Source: the human T2T-CHM13v2.0 reference genome, Homo sapiens. Taken from it: a DNA stretch of 64,000 bases. Location: NCBI RefSeq assembly GCF_009914755.1, contig NC_060931.1; one strand, given 5' to 3'. Positions 14,341 through 30,850 of the stretch are shown piece after piece. The notes under the pieces were generated by a model that did not search any database, was not told where the DNA came from, and worked only from the letters and a program-made list of their open reading frames with translations. The first letter of the stretch is position 1. Every line of letters begins with the position of its first letter. A program made the position numbers and the translations under genes.

Positions 14341-14935
14341 GCTTCTCCTTATATTTCAACCTGACCTATCCTGACACCTTCTTTCTCCTTCTCATTCTCT
14401 TAGTCTTTTGTTTGACTTTAACACCTAGGATGAAGCTTATAGAACTTATTACCATTTTAAAATAGGCAAGTTGTTTGCTTTGTTGGTATTTTGTGTTGTA
14501 TAGTGATGGGGTGGTATTTTCCCTATTAATAATGTAGTGCATCAACAAATGTAAATATATTCATAGAAAGTTCTCCAGCAGGGACAGAGTTGGAGAATCG
14601 CTGAGTCACCAGTCTCCCCTCACCTGAGAGTGTTCACAGTGAAACTTCTCTCCGTTGTGTGTTTTGTGGCCTTGCTTATTTGCAATGGTCTGTCCTGAAG
14701 AATTTGAGATTAGAGACCCCGTGGATAATCATATTCCAAGGTCACCAGTAAAACTAAATTTCTGTAATAGTTATAACTTCTACTAAATATTTTTGCTAGA
14801 GCAGCTAAAATGCAGTCTGCCTGTGAAATCTGGCTGACTTACCTTATTCAGCCTATAAAAGTTATGTTTACTCTACAGTGTAGTCATTTAAGTATGTAAC
14901 AGCATTAGCCTAAAAACTATACATACTTTAATTAA

Positions 14936-15375
<440 letters not shown>

Positions 15376-15647
15376 GACTGTGGCACTTTCTTAAAATAAG
15401 ACAACAATGAAGTTGGCTGCATCGATTGACTTTTCCTTTCATGAAAGATTTATCTACAGCAAGTAATGCTGATGTGGTTTCATAGCATTTGACCTACACT
15501 AGAACTTCTTTCAAAATTGAAGTCAATGCTTCTCAAACCCTGCTTCTGCTTTATCAGCTAAGTTTATGTAATATTCTGAATCCTTTGTCATCATTTCCAC
15601 AGTGTTCACAGCATCTTCACCAGGAGTAGATTCCATTTCAAGAAACC

Positions 15648-15773
15648 CCTTCCTTCCTTCCTTCCTTCCTTCCTTCCTTCCTTCCTTCCTTCCTTCCTAC
15701 CCTCCCTCCCTCCCTCCCTCCCTCTCTCCCTCTCTCCCTCTCTCCCTTTCTCCCTCCCTCTCTCCCTCCCTCC
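15648..15773. repeat. (CCTT)n/(CCCT)n/(CCCTCT)n polypyrimidine microsatellite
   Basis: Direct reading. Confidence 0.95.
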
Positions 15774-16439
15774 ATTTGCATTCACAATTTTGTGGTTTGG
15801 TTCAAGAGGCCTTGCTCTCCACCTGTCTTGGCTGTCAACATGCCTTCCTAACTCAGCTTAATCATTTCTAGCTCTTGATTGAAAGAGAGATGTGCAACTC
15901 TTTCTCTTTCACTTGAACACTTAGAGGCCATTGTAGGGTTATTAATTGCCCTAATTTCAATATTCTTGTGTCTCTGTGAATAGGGAGACCTGAGGAGAGG
16001 CAGAGAGTCAGAGACTGACTGCTGGTCAGTGAAGTCGGAACACCACACACAACATTTACAGATTAAGTTCGCCGTCTTATATGGGTGTGGTTCGTGGTGC
16101 TCCAAAACAATTACACTAGTAACATCAAAGATCACTGATTACAGATTACCCTAACAGATATAATAATAATGAAAAAAAATTGAACTATTGCAAGAATTAC
16201 AAAAATTTGATAGAGACATAAAGTGAGCACATGCTGCTGGAAAAATGACACTGACACACTTGCTCAAAGCCGAGTTGCCACAAAACATCAATTTGTAAGA
16301 GGAAAAATATCTACAAAGCACAATAAAGCAAAGCAAAATAAAATGAGATATGTCTGTAGTTGTATCTGGTATGTAATTAGCTCTTGGATTTATTGCTTTA
16401 ATAAGTGTATGTGAGTCTATTGGTGTAACCTTCACTATG

Positions 16440-17585
<1,146 letters not shown>

Positions 17586-18204
17586 GTTTTTTTTTTTTGG
17601 TAAAGTCATATTTTATGCACACGCACACCCACACCCACACATACACACAGTTTCTTATGGGGAAATGTTATTTTGAAGTAAATTGGGAATGTAGGCATTT
17701 CATTTATTCTTTCCAAAATCATTTGTTTCTACTTTTGCAGGATTTTTTTTCTTCTTCCTCCTCTTTCTCTCCCTTCTCCCTAGTTCTTTTTTTTTTGTAG
17801 GATACTGAGATAGCTTACTTTTCTTGCTTAGGAATGCCTTCATTTTTTGGAAAGGCATTCTTTATTTTTTTTTTACCATTTTCAACTCAATTTTAGTTAT
17901 TTAATTTTCCTGTCATTATAATTTGGATATATAACTTCTTTGAGAAGTGCAGATCATTTCATAGCTATCTCATTCTTTATAACTCAATCTTTTTGTTTTT
18001 TAACAGATTAGAACCTAAAGCAGAGAAAGTTAGTGATAGAAAGCATGAAGTAGAGTAACAAAACTGAAAACAGCCAGTTGCCCTACCAACCTGTTCTGCT
18101 CTATTCTTCTATTTTTTACTGTACTATATTCGATCCCATTTTTTTCGTTCCATTCTATGTTATGATTTCCCAACCTATATGTATTCCATTCATCCTGTTC
18201 TGTT

Positions 18205-19400
18205 CCATTCTATGCAATAAATATTTAATGAGTGTTTAGTATGTGGCAGGTGTTAGTCTATGTGGCTTGGCATGTACCAGTCAACACAACAGATAAAAAA
18301 ATTGCTGCTCTTCTAAAGCTTACATTACAAGAGGAGGAGACAGAAACAAAACAGACTTAATTCGTAAGTAAATTTTAGAAGTTAGTGAGTGCTATGGAAT
18401 AAAGAAAGAGTTAAGTAGGTGGGGGATATCAGGTGGGAATGGAGGGAAAGTTACAATTTTCAAACAGGGTAAGGTGTGAGAAACTGTAAGGAATTTTGCC
18501 ATAAATTGATCTGAGCGATGCATTTTCTGATCACTAAGAATAGCAAGGCCAAAGGCACTAGGATGTGAGATGCCTGGAATGTTTAAGAAACAGCAGGGAG
18601 ATCAGAGTGGCTGGAGTAGAGTGGTGAGAGGAGAGTAGGTGCAGGTGAGGTCAGATAGGAAAGAAAGATCTGACTACAAAGGGCTTTTGAAGGTGTTGGT
18701 TTTTACTCTGAGCAAAATAGTCAGCCATGGCAGGGCTTTCAGCAGAAGACCACATGATCTCAATTATAGTTTAGGACCCTAGCAATCCTGTTGAGAAAGA
18801 CATTGGCTTATTCTATACTCTTAGCTGTGAAGGTAGAGAGAATTATTATTCATATTATTAACAACAACCACATACATCAAAAAACCCTCAGGATATTTTG
18901 AAGATAGAGTCAAAGGGATTTCCTGATGAATTTAATACAGATTGTGAGAGAATGGAAGGGGTAAAACATGATTCCAAGGATTTGGGCATGAGCATCTGGA
19001 AGGTTAGTGTTGCCAACAACCAATATGGAGAAGATGGCATATGGAGCAGGTTTGAGGGGGAATGTCAGGAGATCTTTTTTTAGATATGGTAACTTTGATA
19101 TATCTTTTAGACATACAAGTAGACATTGCTTGTAGGCAGGTGGGTATATGAGTCTGGAGTTCATGAAAGAGATCCAGGGCAGAGATACATATCTGAGAGT
19201 TGCCAACACATAGTGATATTTATCATGAGATTAGATGAGGTTACCGAGGAAGTGACTATAGGTGGAGAAGAAGACCAAGAACTAAACCCCGGGGAACCAG
19301 AGTTAAGAAGTCAGGGAATAGACAAGGAACCAGAAAATGAGACAAGAAGCAACTAGTGAGATAGAAACCCTGACAATGTGTGTCCTCTCAGCCAAAAGAA
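18205..19400 (-). mobile_element. L2 fragment
   Basis: AATAAATATTTAATGAGTG 3' end and L2 body motifs (GAGTCTGGAGTTCA, GTGGCTGGAGTAGAGTG). Confidence 0.75.
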
Positions 19401-21767
19401 GAATAAGTATCAAAAGCGATCCAATTACTAAACTGTGTCTCTTACCTCAGTGCAAATGTGTATGATGTGATTCAATATCTTCCTGTATCCCTAATTTTAT
19501 TTTTATTCTATTTTTATACTGGAAAACAGGATCATTTTTTGTTTGAAATTTAGCCTGCTAAGAAAAAGTAGACTTTGTTGTTATTGTTGCTTAAGTTTCA
19601 AACAGAATCAACATTGTTTAAAATTGTTTTAAGAACTAGATTTGGTGTTAACAGTTTTTCTGTGGTGAGTCTGAATTTCCTTGAGCCGTTATTTACAGCA
19701 GAAGGTAACCACTACACTTATTCTAGGAGGCTGGATTGAAATGTATTTTATGTATTATTATCTTAGGAAAAAGATATTAAGCATCTTATCTTTATTATGA
19801 TCACATTTGTTATTATCAGCATCTTCTATAGATAGTACTTTTTGAGGCTACATGTTATTGTGGACTTGTGCATTTTTAAAAGATTAAGCATTTGGCTTGG
19901 AATTATCAAGTAATCCTGTGTAGTAACTGTGATTAAAATTATACAGGAATTCATTTCAAACTGTGACAAATATATTGTAGCTTACACTCTTATTGAATTT
20001 GTTCATATATTTTATCAAGAATGTCAAGTATTTTTACATTAGGTTTATGTAGGTTTATAGGTGGAAATATAAATTATTAGTAATGCAAATTATGATCTTG
20101 AAAAAGTAGCTAGATTTTCAGGTTTTCCTTTTTTTTGAGCCTGCAGACTATTTGGAAATTAATTTGCATTTTTTTGGTGTGTATTTATATTGTCTTTTGC
20201 TTATATTCTGCATTACAGGATTCTGAGTTTCCACTTAATGAGTAGGCTTTACAGTACCCACAAATTACTGCAACAAAGTTAAAAAAAAAAGCACTAGAAG
20301 CCTAATGAAATGGACTGCTGAGAACAGAGCTGAATAAACACAAGCTTCCCTTTTTGCAGTGACTGTTCCAAACTAAGCAGAAGCTGCTTCTTTATTTCAG
20401 GGAAGGAAAAATAATGACCCGGTTTTCTTTATTTTTCTGGTGAGCAATTTAACTGCTACCTCCATTTGGCATATTCTCCCACTTCTTTTACTGGAATGGG
20501 CTATAACTGTAGGTATGGCATTCTTTGCCACAATGTATATTTTCCTTACTGCAGTGTATATTTTGAGCCATATTTACCAACACAGATATTTACTTTTTCT
20601 CTGAGATGTGGTCTAGAAGCAATTGTTCAGAGAGAAATTCAACACTGACTCTAGAGGTAAACCTGTACCCGGCATTTCAGTGTGTATGTGTGTTTGTAGA
20701 ATTATCATCAAAGAGAGAAGATTATTCTTCCAGATGGCATTTACCTTAATAAAAACTGCTAATATGCACAAGCTTGAAAACCATTTCTAATCCAAGTGTA
20801 CTGGCAGCGTGTTATTTTCAGGAGTAGTTGCATTAACTCTTTGAACCTTTTAAAAAAATTATCTTCTACTTTTGAACTAGGTCTTTTGAAAGATAATAGC
20901 TATCCTAAGTAAGTTATCCTTTGAGTACTGTGCGTGTGCACCTTTGTGTGTATTTGTGCTGTGCGTAAACCATTGTGTATTTTGGCATGGCCCAAGTCAG
21001 CAGGAAGGCTCCAGGGCTGAGGCTGCTTTCATCCTCTGATACACCCTCACAACCTTCCTGTTTTACGATAATTCTGAAACCTAACGCTCCTGCTACTTTT
21101 AACTCAGAACTGTGTTTATTTGCCTGTGGCCTGTTTTATTGTAAAATAAAAACCTTAAGAACCCTATGTTTTTAGGGTGCTTTTCCCCCCTCAAGAACAC
21201 TGTGGTTGTCTTAAAGCCTAAATGACTGTGTTTTAATGATGTGTAAAGATTCAGTAAAAAATAAATCATGGCAATTTTGTTTTAAGAAGAAACTTTTAAA
21301 GGCAATACGTGCTGCAGACTTCAAAAAGTCTAATCAAACAATTAAGAACAAACAGTACTTGTGTGAACTTATCATTTTATTCTGCACTTTTCATAACATA
21401 TTAGGTGTTAAGCTTCGAAAGATTCTGCTTTAATTCCGGGTAACTATTGGTAGGGGATTTAAGTCACAATTATTTAAACATAAGTTTTTCACAGATCTTG
21501 AATGTCTCTGGGAATTTTCTCCCCGAGGCAAATAATAGAGGGAATTAAAGCTGATTTGTTTTCTTTGCCAATTGAAATTATGAGATAGGTGGCTGCCACT
21601 GATTTTATCTTACCTACGAGCATCCTACAGCCCCTTATGTTCTGGTAATGCCCCTGATGGTGATGCATAGTAAATAGTGGAGTAAATTAGAAGAGAGTTA
21701 TAGGTGTGATGGGAGTAATGGATAAGTTAAATGCCGTCTTTATCCTCAAGGGACTTACAGTCTGGCT

Positions 21768-21995
21768 CAGTATTTCTTATGAAGGGAGGGTGGGACACTA
21801 TTGGCATTTTAGGTAGGGCAGTTCTTTTCTTGTATGGAAATGTTCCACACATTGTAGGAAGTTAAGTTTCTCTGGCTCCTGCCTAGTAATTATTAGTAGC
21901 ACCGTTAGTTACTGTGACAGTAAAAAATAAGTCCATATATTTATCAGATGTCCTCTAGAGAAGGTATTAATTCTAATCCTTCTTCCTTAGAACAG
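21768..21995 (+). mobile_element. Diverged MER20-like hAT element
   Basis: CACTATTGGCATTTT...CACATTGTAGGAAGTT...AGTAGCAC resembles the MER20 layout. Confidence 0.45.
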
Positions 21996-22132
21996 TTGGA
22001 AGATCTGAAATATACACTATATGCATAAGAAGTGATTATAGAACTGTATTGTCTATATTGTCGAAACTATGTTAAAGGAATGATGCATACCATAAAAGCG
22101 AAGAAAAGACAGGAAAAAAAAAGGCTGGTTAG

Positions 22133-22475
<343 letters not shown>

Positions 22476-25400
22476 CAGATCACTCTTGAAGATCATGCTG
22501 ATTCTTCTGCTGTGACTATCCTCTTCTGTCTCCCTCCTTCTTTTTTTTCTGCCCTGGATAACTCCTACTTAACCATCAAGATAAACTAAATTGTTATACC
22601 TTCCAAGAAGCCCTCATGAGCTTTCTCTCTTCTTAGACTGGGTGGGATGACTATGAACCTGGTTCTTACAAATCATTGGGTGCATCTCTGTCACTGTCTT
22701 CTAGAATTCTATTGACATCATCTGTTAAGGGTCCTTTCTATCTTCTCAGTAGCTTCTATGTGTATATTGCAGGCAGGAACTATATACTACATCTTTCTTA
22801 CCTAGTTAAATTCTATGTGTGAAGTGCATATTCAATTAACTGACCTGAACTTGGCAGAAACATATAAAATTGTGTAGTTGTATAGTTGATGAAAACATAT
22901 AAAATGTAGTTTCATTATTTTTTGACATCAAATTAAAATTCTGTTCAAAAGTCTCCTTTAATATAACTTTGCTCATTTAAAAAAGATTCTTATGCCCCAC
23001 TGTTGGAAATATAATTTGGTACAATGCTTTTGGAAAGACATTTGGCAGTAGGTATCAAGAGATTTACAAGTTCATGGTATTTGATTCATTAATTCCATTT
23101 CTGGGAACCTCTCCTAAGGAAACAATTCTAATTATAGAAAAAGCCTGATACTCAAAAGTCTGCATTTCAAAACTGTTACTAACAGCAAAAAATTCCGAAG
23201 TCTTCAAGAAGTCTGGGGAATGGGAGCTTGGTTAATTATTGACAATCCAATTCTAATGGATAATTTTGGGACAATTGTGGGGAATTGTGTGTGAATATGA
23301 TCTGGCTTTTAGATGTGATGAAATTATTCTGAAATAGATGGAGATTGTTGACCCCCCAAAATAATATAGCTACAATACAATATGACTATATTACCTCATT
23401 TTAGTATACACACGGAGACAGACACAAACACACAGATGTGTGTATATGAAAAAGATCCAAGAGGATATACTGGATCTTAGCAATGCTAACATCTGGGTAT
23501 TAGGAATTGGTGTTGATATTTTCTGTATTTTATTATTTCCTAATTTCTACAATACCCATTTACAGATGTAATAATAAACGATATTTTTAAAAAACAAGGA
23601 ATCGAAAATAATTTAAATGTTCATTAGTAACATATGGCTAAATTAATTATTGTAGGTCTGTATTCTAAGTTATTTCATTATATTCAAAGACAATATGAGA
23701 AATTTTTATAACATGGCAAAATAGTTGTATTGTAGTATTCAGTGAAAAGAGCAAGATGAAAACCTTTTTACATAGGTTGGTCTACACTCCAAAAGTAGAT
23801 CTCACAGTGATTTTTTTCTACATGGTAAAATCTTGGGATTTTCTTTTTATTTTCTTGAATTATTTTTCTTTAGTAAATATATCTTTTTAATTGGAAAAAT
23901 AAATATATCATCAAAAATTCTGTTAAAAATGTTCATGCTTCAAAAGTTTCAGGTTATTGTTGGAGGCAGTTCAAAAATGTTATAGCTGTGAATCATGGCT
24001 GTATTTAAATACAGGTAGCACTTCGTGTTAGAAATATGTGTTGGGAGGGGTTTATATTGTGTGTTTATGTAAAGATAGGGTAAGATTTCACAAACTTCTT
24101 ATAGACAAAAACAGTTACAAAGATTTGTGTCATTTTAGCATAAAGGTGAGTTCCTTAATATTACTTTTTATTAAATCATTTATTCATTCCTTCATTCAAT
24201 AATTATCCATTGAGCAAGGGCTTGGGTGCCCAAGATTCAGAAATAAGAAATGTAGTAGGAAACAACACCTAAAATTGACTTTTCTCTCACCTTTTGGGCA
24301 AAAATTGGAAGACAGTTAAATTCTTTTACGATAGCAGTATCCTATGTGATCAAAAATTCAAAGCGTCTTTACTATCTAAATAATGTCTATTGAATTTTCA
24401 GATGTTCTCTCAGCTCTTTAATTAAGTTCACTAATTTCTGTCTCAATCCAGTGTTGAAGTCAGCAGCCAAATGCCACATATGGAAAAATGTTCCTCTGGA
24501 AGTAAATTGAATATTTTAAAAATTACTGTCACTTATCTTAATATTTAACTCAATAAAACTTCTGTTTCTCAGTGTTTCCCCACACATTTTCATGTGTCTG
24601 TTAAATTGTTGGTAATGCTGCATACATAATTCCTTGGAAAACTAAATGGATTCTCTATCATTTAGAAGAGTTTTGGGGGTAATGTGGTAAATCATTTTTT
24701 GAGTTGGGTAAATAATTCTTTTGAGTAATTAAGTAAATCTAATGAGTGCTGTTTAATTGCTTATTGGTTTATTCAGTCTTTTATTTGCTTCCTGTATGGC
24801 AAGTTCAGAAACCTATTAATATTGCTATTTATTGAGAGGGCTTCTTAATATCTTTTAATGAGAAAAATACCTGGTGACAGTTTATTAGGGAATTCAGTAG
24901 ATTCAAGAGGAATTTTTAAATGATCTCATTTGTATTTTAGCTATAAGTTAGGAGACAAGGTTCTGTGCTCAGATTCCCAGCTACTGCAGGAATTGTATGA
25001 TTGTGGTTATTTTTAAAGCCAGAAGACGCTCTTTTGGAGTTCTGTTATTTCAACAATCTAGATCTATTCTCCATGTGATATTGACTTAAAATTTAAAAAG
25101 CAGATGTAGGTCAAAGGAGATTCTGCAAACACTTTTGCTGTTTTATCCTGGGGCTTTGACAACTTTAAAGCAATGATGAGTTTTTTTTTTTTTTTTTATA
25201 TCTAACCTTAATCCTCCTGGTATACTTTAAAGTCACCTCTCCCTAAGTTTTCTTTATTACAAATGTAAATAAAAATGGGATTGTTATGTGTGTTCTTTAT
25301 TTTAGTTATGTTATCTGTTTCATCTATAATATATAGAGATATAAACATAATATTTCATGAAAGATAGACTTTATGGAGAATACACAGAATCTGTTACTAG

Positions 25401-28400
25401 GGATTTCTACTAGTAGTAGTAGTAGAAGGGGTGAGAAAAGGGAATTTTTGACCTTTTTTTCTCTTGTATGGTTAAAATGTCTTGCCATGAACATTGCAAA
25501 TTATATATTATAAATTACTTTTATAATTTAAAAATATATTTTATATTGTAAAATATTAACAATTATAATGATATTAAGTATTATAAATTATTTTTATAAT
25601 TTAAAACAAAAATGAAATATTATTTATATACAAATTGTTGGTTTGTATTAGGCTTTTGGCATATTAGGGGCTTAATAAATATTTAATTGAATTTCAGCAT
25701 GTACTAACATATATTTTTCTTTTTACAAGTGAGCCTACTACCTGCTGAACTTGAAAGAATCTAGCATTTAAAAGTTCTTTAACAATATAGGAAACCTAGA
25801 ATAAACAAGCATAAAGACTTTAAACATTTTTAAAAGCTGTTTAAAGAATGTTCTTATATTGGTTAGCCTTTGGGCCCCAAATACAGAAAGCATTTATTTT
25901 CATTTTAAAAAGGGCCCCCAAACAAGACAGGGCTAATAAACCAGTTATAGGATACAGCTTTTTTTCCATTTAGAACTTTATGCAATCTGTCATCTTCTCT
26001 GATCCATCATTATTAATGGTTAGTCTTCTCATGTTTTACATACTTTATTCTTAGAATCCTCAGAAAACACACTCATTTTTCCTGCTACTAAAATAAATAA
26101 ACATTGCAATTTATTCCTAAATATAGTGTATTTCCGGTTATTGGTGTTTCTTTCATAGGCCATTGGTAAGTGAAGGAACTACAGAGAAATAAGGGGTAAG
26201 AGGAAATAAAAATGCTATCTCAAGGTCTTTGTTCTGCCAAGGTCATCTAAAAGCTACACAGCAGGGTTCATTTCAAGACTACATTTCAGGGTTAGCTCAC
26301 TAAATGTATCCACCATACTCTACAGATGGGGAAACTCAGGTTGTGCTTAGCCTAACATACTTGGTTCTGATAATGCTTGGTTCTGATAATGCCAAGATGA
26401 TAAATAGATTTAGTCCCTCTATTGTAACATTTGTATTGAATATATGGGTTTTGTAGGATACCACCAGAAAACCAACTTTAATTGCTTTCTCTTCTACCCA
26501 TTCAAACTAGCACTGAAAGAGAAGTCTGACTCACTGACCACCACTTGAGCACGAACTTTTCTGGCAACATTCAGATAATTAAAAGTCATCAAAGCACTTT
26601 AGCCTCAAATGGTCTCGATTCAGTAATTATCAATGTAATGACGTTTTCTTCACAGTAAAGGTTTCTCAGATTCACTAGCTCAACCAGCTGCATGGATACA
26701 CCTGAAACAGAAAAGAATGGCATGGTCAGCTTTGCTGTTTGCCCCAGCTTTTGTGTTCCATAGCTGCTTTGCCAGCTTGTTAAGAGTGGTGACATTGGGA
26801 AGTGAGGGGAACAGGTAAGGCAGGGAAATGCCTTCCATGTTGGGTGAGGTGACATCCCTGTTTTGGACTGATGATTAAAGCTGCCTCTTTTTCTGGTGGA
26901 TGCTTACCCAGGGTTCACTCATCTACAGTTCCCTGAACTAAGTGAAGCATCCCCCGACTGACAAGTTACAACTTGTTCTTCACACTTTGGACATTAGTCT
27001 GTACACCTCCAGAATATTCCTTCTGAATTCCAACTAGGTGTCCTTCATGGGCAGATTCTAAGACAGCAAAGCCCAATAGTCTTGTTCTCCCTCTCTCCCG
27101 GCCCAGATCTGACCCACACAATACATACACACACCTTCGTCCTGCTGATTAGGTGGGTCATCTTTGCCCAAGTGTGTTCAATCACCTTCTTATCCTTGAT
27201 GTTTATACTTTAGATTTCTCAGGCTTGAGTGAGAAACCAATCGATCGTATCTCCAAAACTTCTGGAAACATATCAATCTCTCTAAATGAATTCTCTGAAG
27301 TCCTTTTTACTAATGTTAAGGTGAGGGACAAGCAAGCCTGAACCATCCCTGAGGAGGAGGGGGTAGGGACATGGAAGATACTGACAACTCTCTCTCAAGA
27401 CATTCCCCATCTCTTTTTTCCATCTCTTTGACCGGTTTTACTGCAGCCCTTTTATACGTTGGAGTTTAAGGAGCTAAGGCCCCTACACTGGTGTTCAGTT
27501 ATTCCCTTTTCAGCCTGCATAGGTGGTCTGGAATGTGGGAGTAGTTGACACCTACTTTCCTGGGGTCTCAGCCAAATGAAAATAATTATTTAGTAACAGC
27601 TTTGGGAATATAACTTTTTCACCCTTTTCTGTGGTCTCTGAGATACTTTTTAATCCTCAAATATTATATTCTAAGGTCTTTTAAAAATGTCTGTATGTTA
27701 GAAGCAGTAATGCTGGCTATACCACCTAAATATAAGTCTTACACTAAATGTGAGTCAAATTGACCCAAATCCTAAAGTCTTCCTATATTTGTTTTGATTA
27801 CTCATTCACTTGAATAGATAATACATGACATGATATGAAAGCTAAGATAAGCAAAAGACTATATAATGAAAAGTCTTTTCTTCTGTTGTAAATCTTAGTC
27901 ATGTTTCTCTTTCCAAGAGGCAATTTTTTTATTATTTTTAAGATTCTTATTTCAAACATTTCTGGAGATCTCAAGATTCATGTGGAGAATATAAAAAATA
28001 ATTGGGCTCAGACTGATCTGACATAATATTAGGTATATGTTATCTGTCAGCAGAGAGATATTGAGCATGGACCATAACTGGGCTCACTCCTGCTATTCTA
28101 CCTGTGAGTTAGAAATAATACTAAAGACCTCTAGGAGTTGTGAGAATTAACTGAGAAAAATGGATTTAAAGGAAATAGTAGTTTCTGTTGTAGAATATTC
28201 ACTCTATACATATTAATTTCTTAAAGTCCCAACCTCTTTGTGATGTCGTATTAGTTTCTGCTTACTCCCCACCCTCAACACTAACCATTGTGCTACCAAC
28301 ATCCCCTGTATGCCTCTGTGACAGCTGCTTGGTTTCCTGCATATACTCACTTCCAAAACCTTGTTGTGTAAAGTGTGCCTGTTGTGCCCCGTGCTCATCT

Positions 28401-29269
28401 CTGACATAGCACTTCTTCACTACAGTGTAGTGGAATATGCGTTTTTCTCTTCAACTTAGTGCCTTGTTTTGTCACTCAGCACAGTGATTGGCACCTAGTA
28501 AACAGTATGTATTTGTTGGACGAGTGAGTGCACAAATTAAGCACCCTCATTAAAGGCCTGTTCTGTTTTGATAGAGGGAACGTGGACAGAGGTGAAGCAT
28601 TTTGATGTGGGGAATTGTGGGGACCATAGAGCTAGCTCCCCTGGAATCAGAGAGGGAGCATTAGCTTGGTAGAGAGAGAGAATATGTTAAGGAAAAGGCA
28701 AGGGGCAAAGTCAGAAGGCCATGAAGGTCAGATAACACATCTGGAAGTTTGCTTGGACCTCACCTTGTCCCGTGCTCTCCTCCTGGCATTAGGAAATGAC
28801 TATCTTATTAAGACACTGGCGCCTTTGAAGGATACCACCGATATTCTTACATACTGTATCAGTCAGCCCCAGAAAGCCTTTGGTGTCAGGGGATAAAAAG
28901 AAACAACAACAAAAAAATGAATCATTTTTCTCTCACTTTCAAGTGATTAGAATAGAAGAAATAGAAAGATCCATTGCCTTGATTAAAAGAAGTCAGTTAT
29001 TTGTGGTGGCATTTTAAGTGGATGCTTTCGCATGTGCTTCTCCAAAAGAAGCTGGTAATAGTATGTATTGAATTTAAATGTAACCTGAACGGCTAGAGTG
29101 AGCACACTAATATGGCATTGGCAACTTCACTGAGCATACTTTAAAAATTCTAAAGGAATATGCCAATTCCCCAGAGATTATCTTCATTTCTGAATGAAGA
29201 AATATTTTGTTCTGTATATTAACCTTTTGTTATGCCTAGAGCTCAGTATATCTAAACAATTTAATTAGA

Positions 29270-30850
29270 TTATTTTAACTGCTTTATTGAGATAACATGA
29301 AATTCACCCATTTAAAATGTACAATTGAGTATATTTTAGTCTATTCACATGGTTGTGCAACCATCACCACAATCTAACATAGAATACTTTTTACCCTTTA
29401 AAAGAAACCCCAGACCCATTAGCATCAATTCCCATTCTCTTTTCCATACTACCAGCCATAATTAATCACTAATCTATTTTTTTATCTCTATAAATGTGCC
29501 CATTTTTTGGACATTTGATATAAATGAAACGATACCAAATATGTGGTCGCTTCTGACTGCCTTCCTTTACTCAGCATGGTTTCAAGGTTTACCCATATTG
29601 TAGCATGTAACTCAGTACTTGTTTTTATTATTGCTGAATAATACTCCATTGTTTCGATATACCACATTTTATTTATCAGTGAATCAGCAGATGTGTATTT
29701 GGATTGTTTCGCCTTTTGGCTACTATGAAGAATACTGCTAAGAGCATTCATGTACAAGTTTTCGTGTGGATGTCTTTTTGTTTGCATATATCTAGCAGTG
29801 GAGTTTTGCTGGCTCGTAAGTACTTGCCAACACTTCTTATAATACATCTTTTTGATTATAGCCATTCTAGTGCATGTGAAGTGGTATCTTATTTCAGTTT
29901 TGATTTGCATTGCCCTGAAGACTAAAAATGTTGAGTGATTTTCAAGGACTTATTGGCTATTTGTATATCTTCTCTGGAGAAATGTCTTTTCAAGTTCTTT
30001 GTCTGTTTTTTAATTGGGTCATTTTTATTTTGATTATTGAGTCGTAAGATTTTATTTTATACACTCTGAGTATTAAAGATATATAGTTTGCAATAATTTT
30101 CTTCCATTCTGTGGATTGATGGTATTATTTTCAGCAACAATTTTAATTTTGATGTAGTCCAATTTATGTGTTTTTCTCTTATTGCTTCTGCTTCTGATTT
30201 TGTTACCTAATAAACCATAGCTTAATCCAAAGTCACAAAGATTTACTCACGTATTTTCTTGTAGTTTTAACTCTTAACATTTTAATACGTGATCCATTTT
30301 GAGGTTTTCTGTGTGTATGTGATTAGTTGTCCCAGCACCATTTGTTGAAAAACTGTTATTTTCCCCATTGAAATAACATTCTTGTCTAAAATTGATTAAC
30401 CATAAATGTAATGGTTTCTTTCTGGATTCTAATTTCTATACCATTCATCTGTACATCTGTCCTTCTGCCAGTACTTCTTTGTTGTATTATTATAACTTTG
30501 TAATAAGTTTTGAGATTGGAAAGTGTGAGTCCTCTATATTGTTCTTCCATTCTAAGGTTATTTTAGCTATACTGGGTCTCTTCCATTTCCATATTAACTT
30601 TAAGATTAGTATGTCAATTGCCAGGAAAAAAGATGGAATTTTGGTAGGGATTTCATGGAATTTGTGGATGAATTTGGGTCATATTGCTATCTTAATAATA
30701 TTAAATATTTAACCTATGAAAATGAAATGTTTTTCATTCGTTTAGATCTCCTTTAATTTCCTTCCATACAGTGTTGTAATTTCGATGTACAAGGTTTGCA
30801 CTTTTGTTAAATTTATGCCCAACAATTTTGTTCTTCTTGATGTAGGTCAT
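29270..30850 (-). mobile_element. L1MB-type fragment
   Basis: GCTTTATTGAGATA...AATTCACCCATTTAAAATGTACAATT 3' end; the minus ORF MQIKTEIRYHFTCTRMAIIKK is a decayed ORF2 C-terminus. Confidence 0.88.

Noticed and set aside
23999-24014. 16-bp perfect palindrome CTGTATTTAAATACAG
   Set aside because: About the size expected by chance in 64 kb of AT-rich DNA.
25000-25020. MEF2-like site TTATTTTTAA suggesting autoregulation
   Set aside because: Such AT-rich matches are frequent and there is no supporting context.
26805-26822. Strong donor CAG|GTAAGG
   Set aside because: No convincing paired acceptor or open HDAC9-phase frame found.
29488-29910. 140-aa minus-strand ORF
   Set aside because: Decayed L1 ORF2 C-terminus and 3'UTR.
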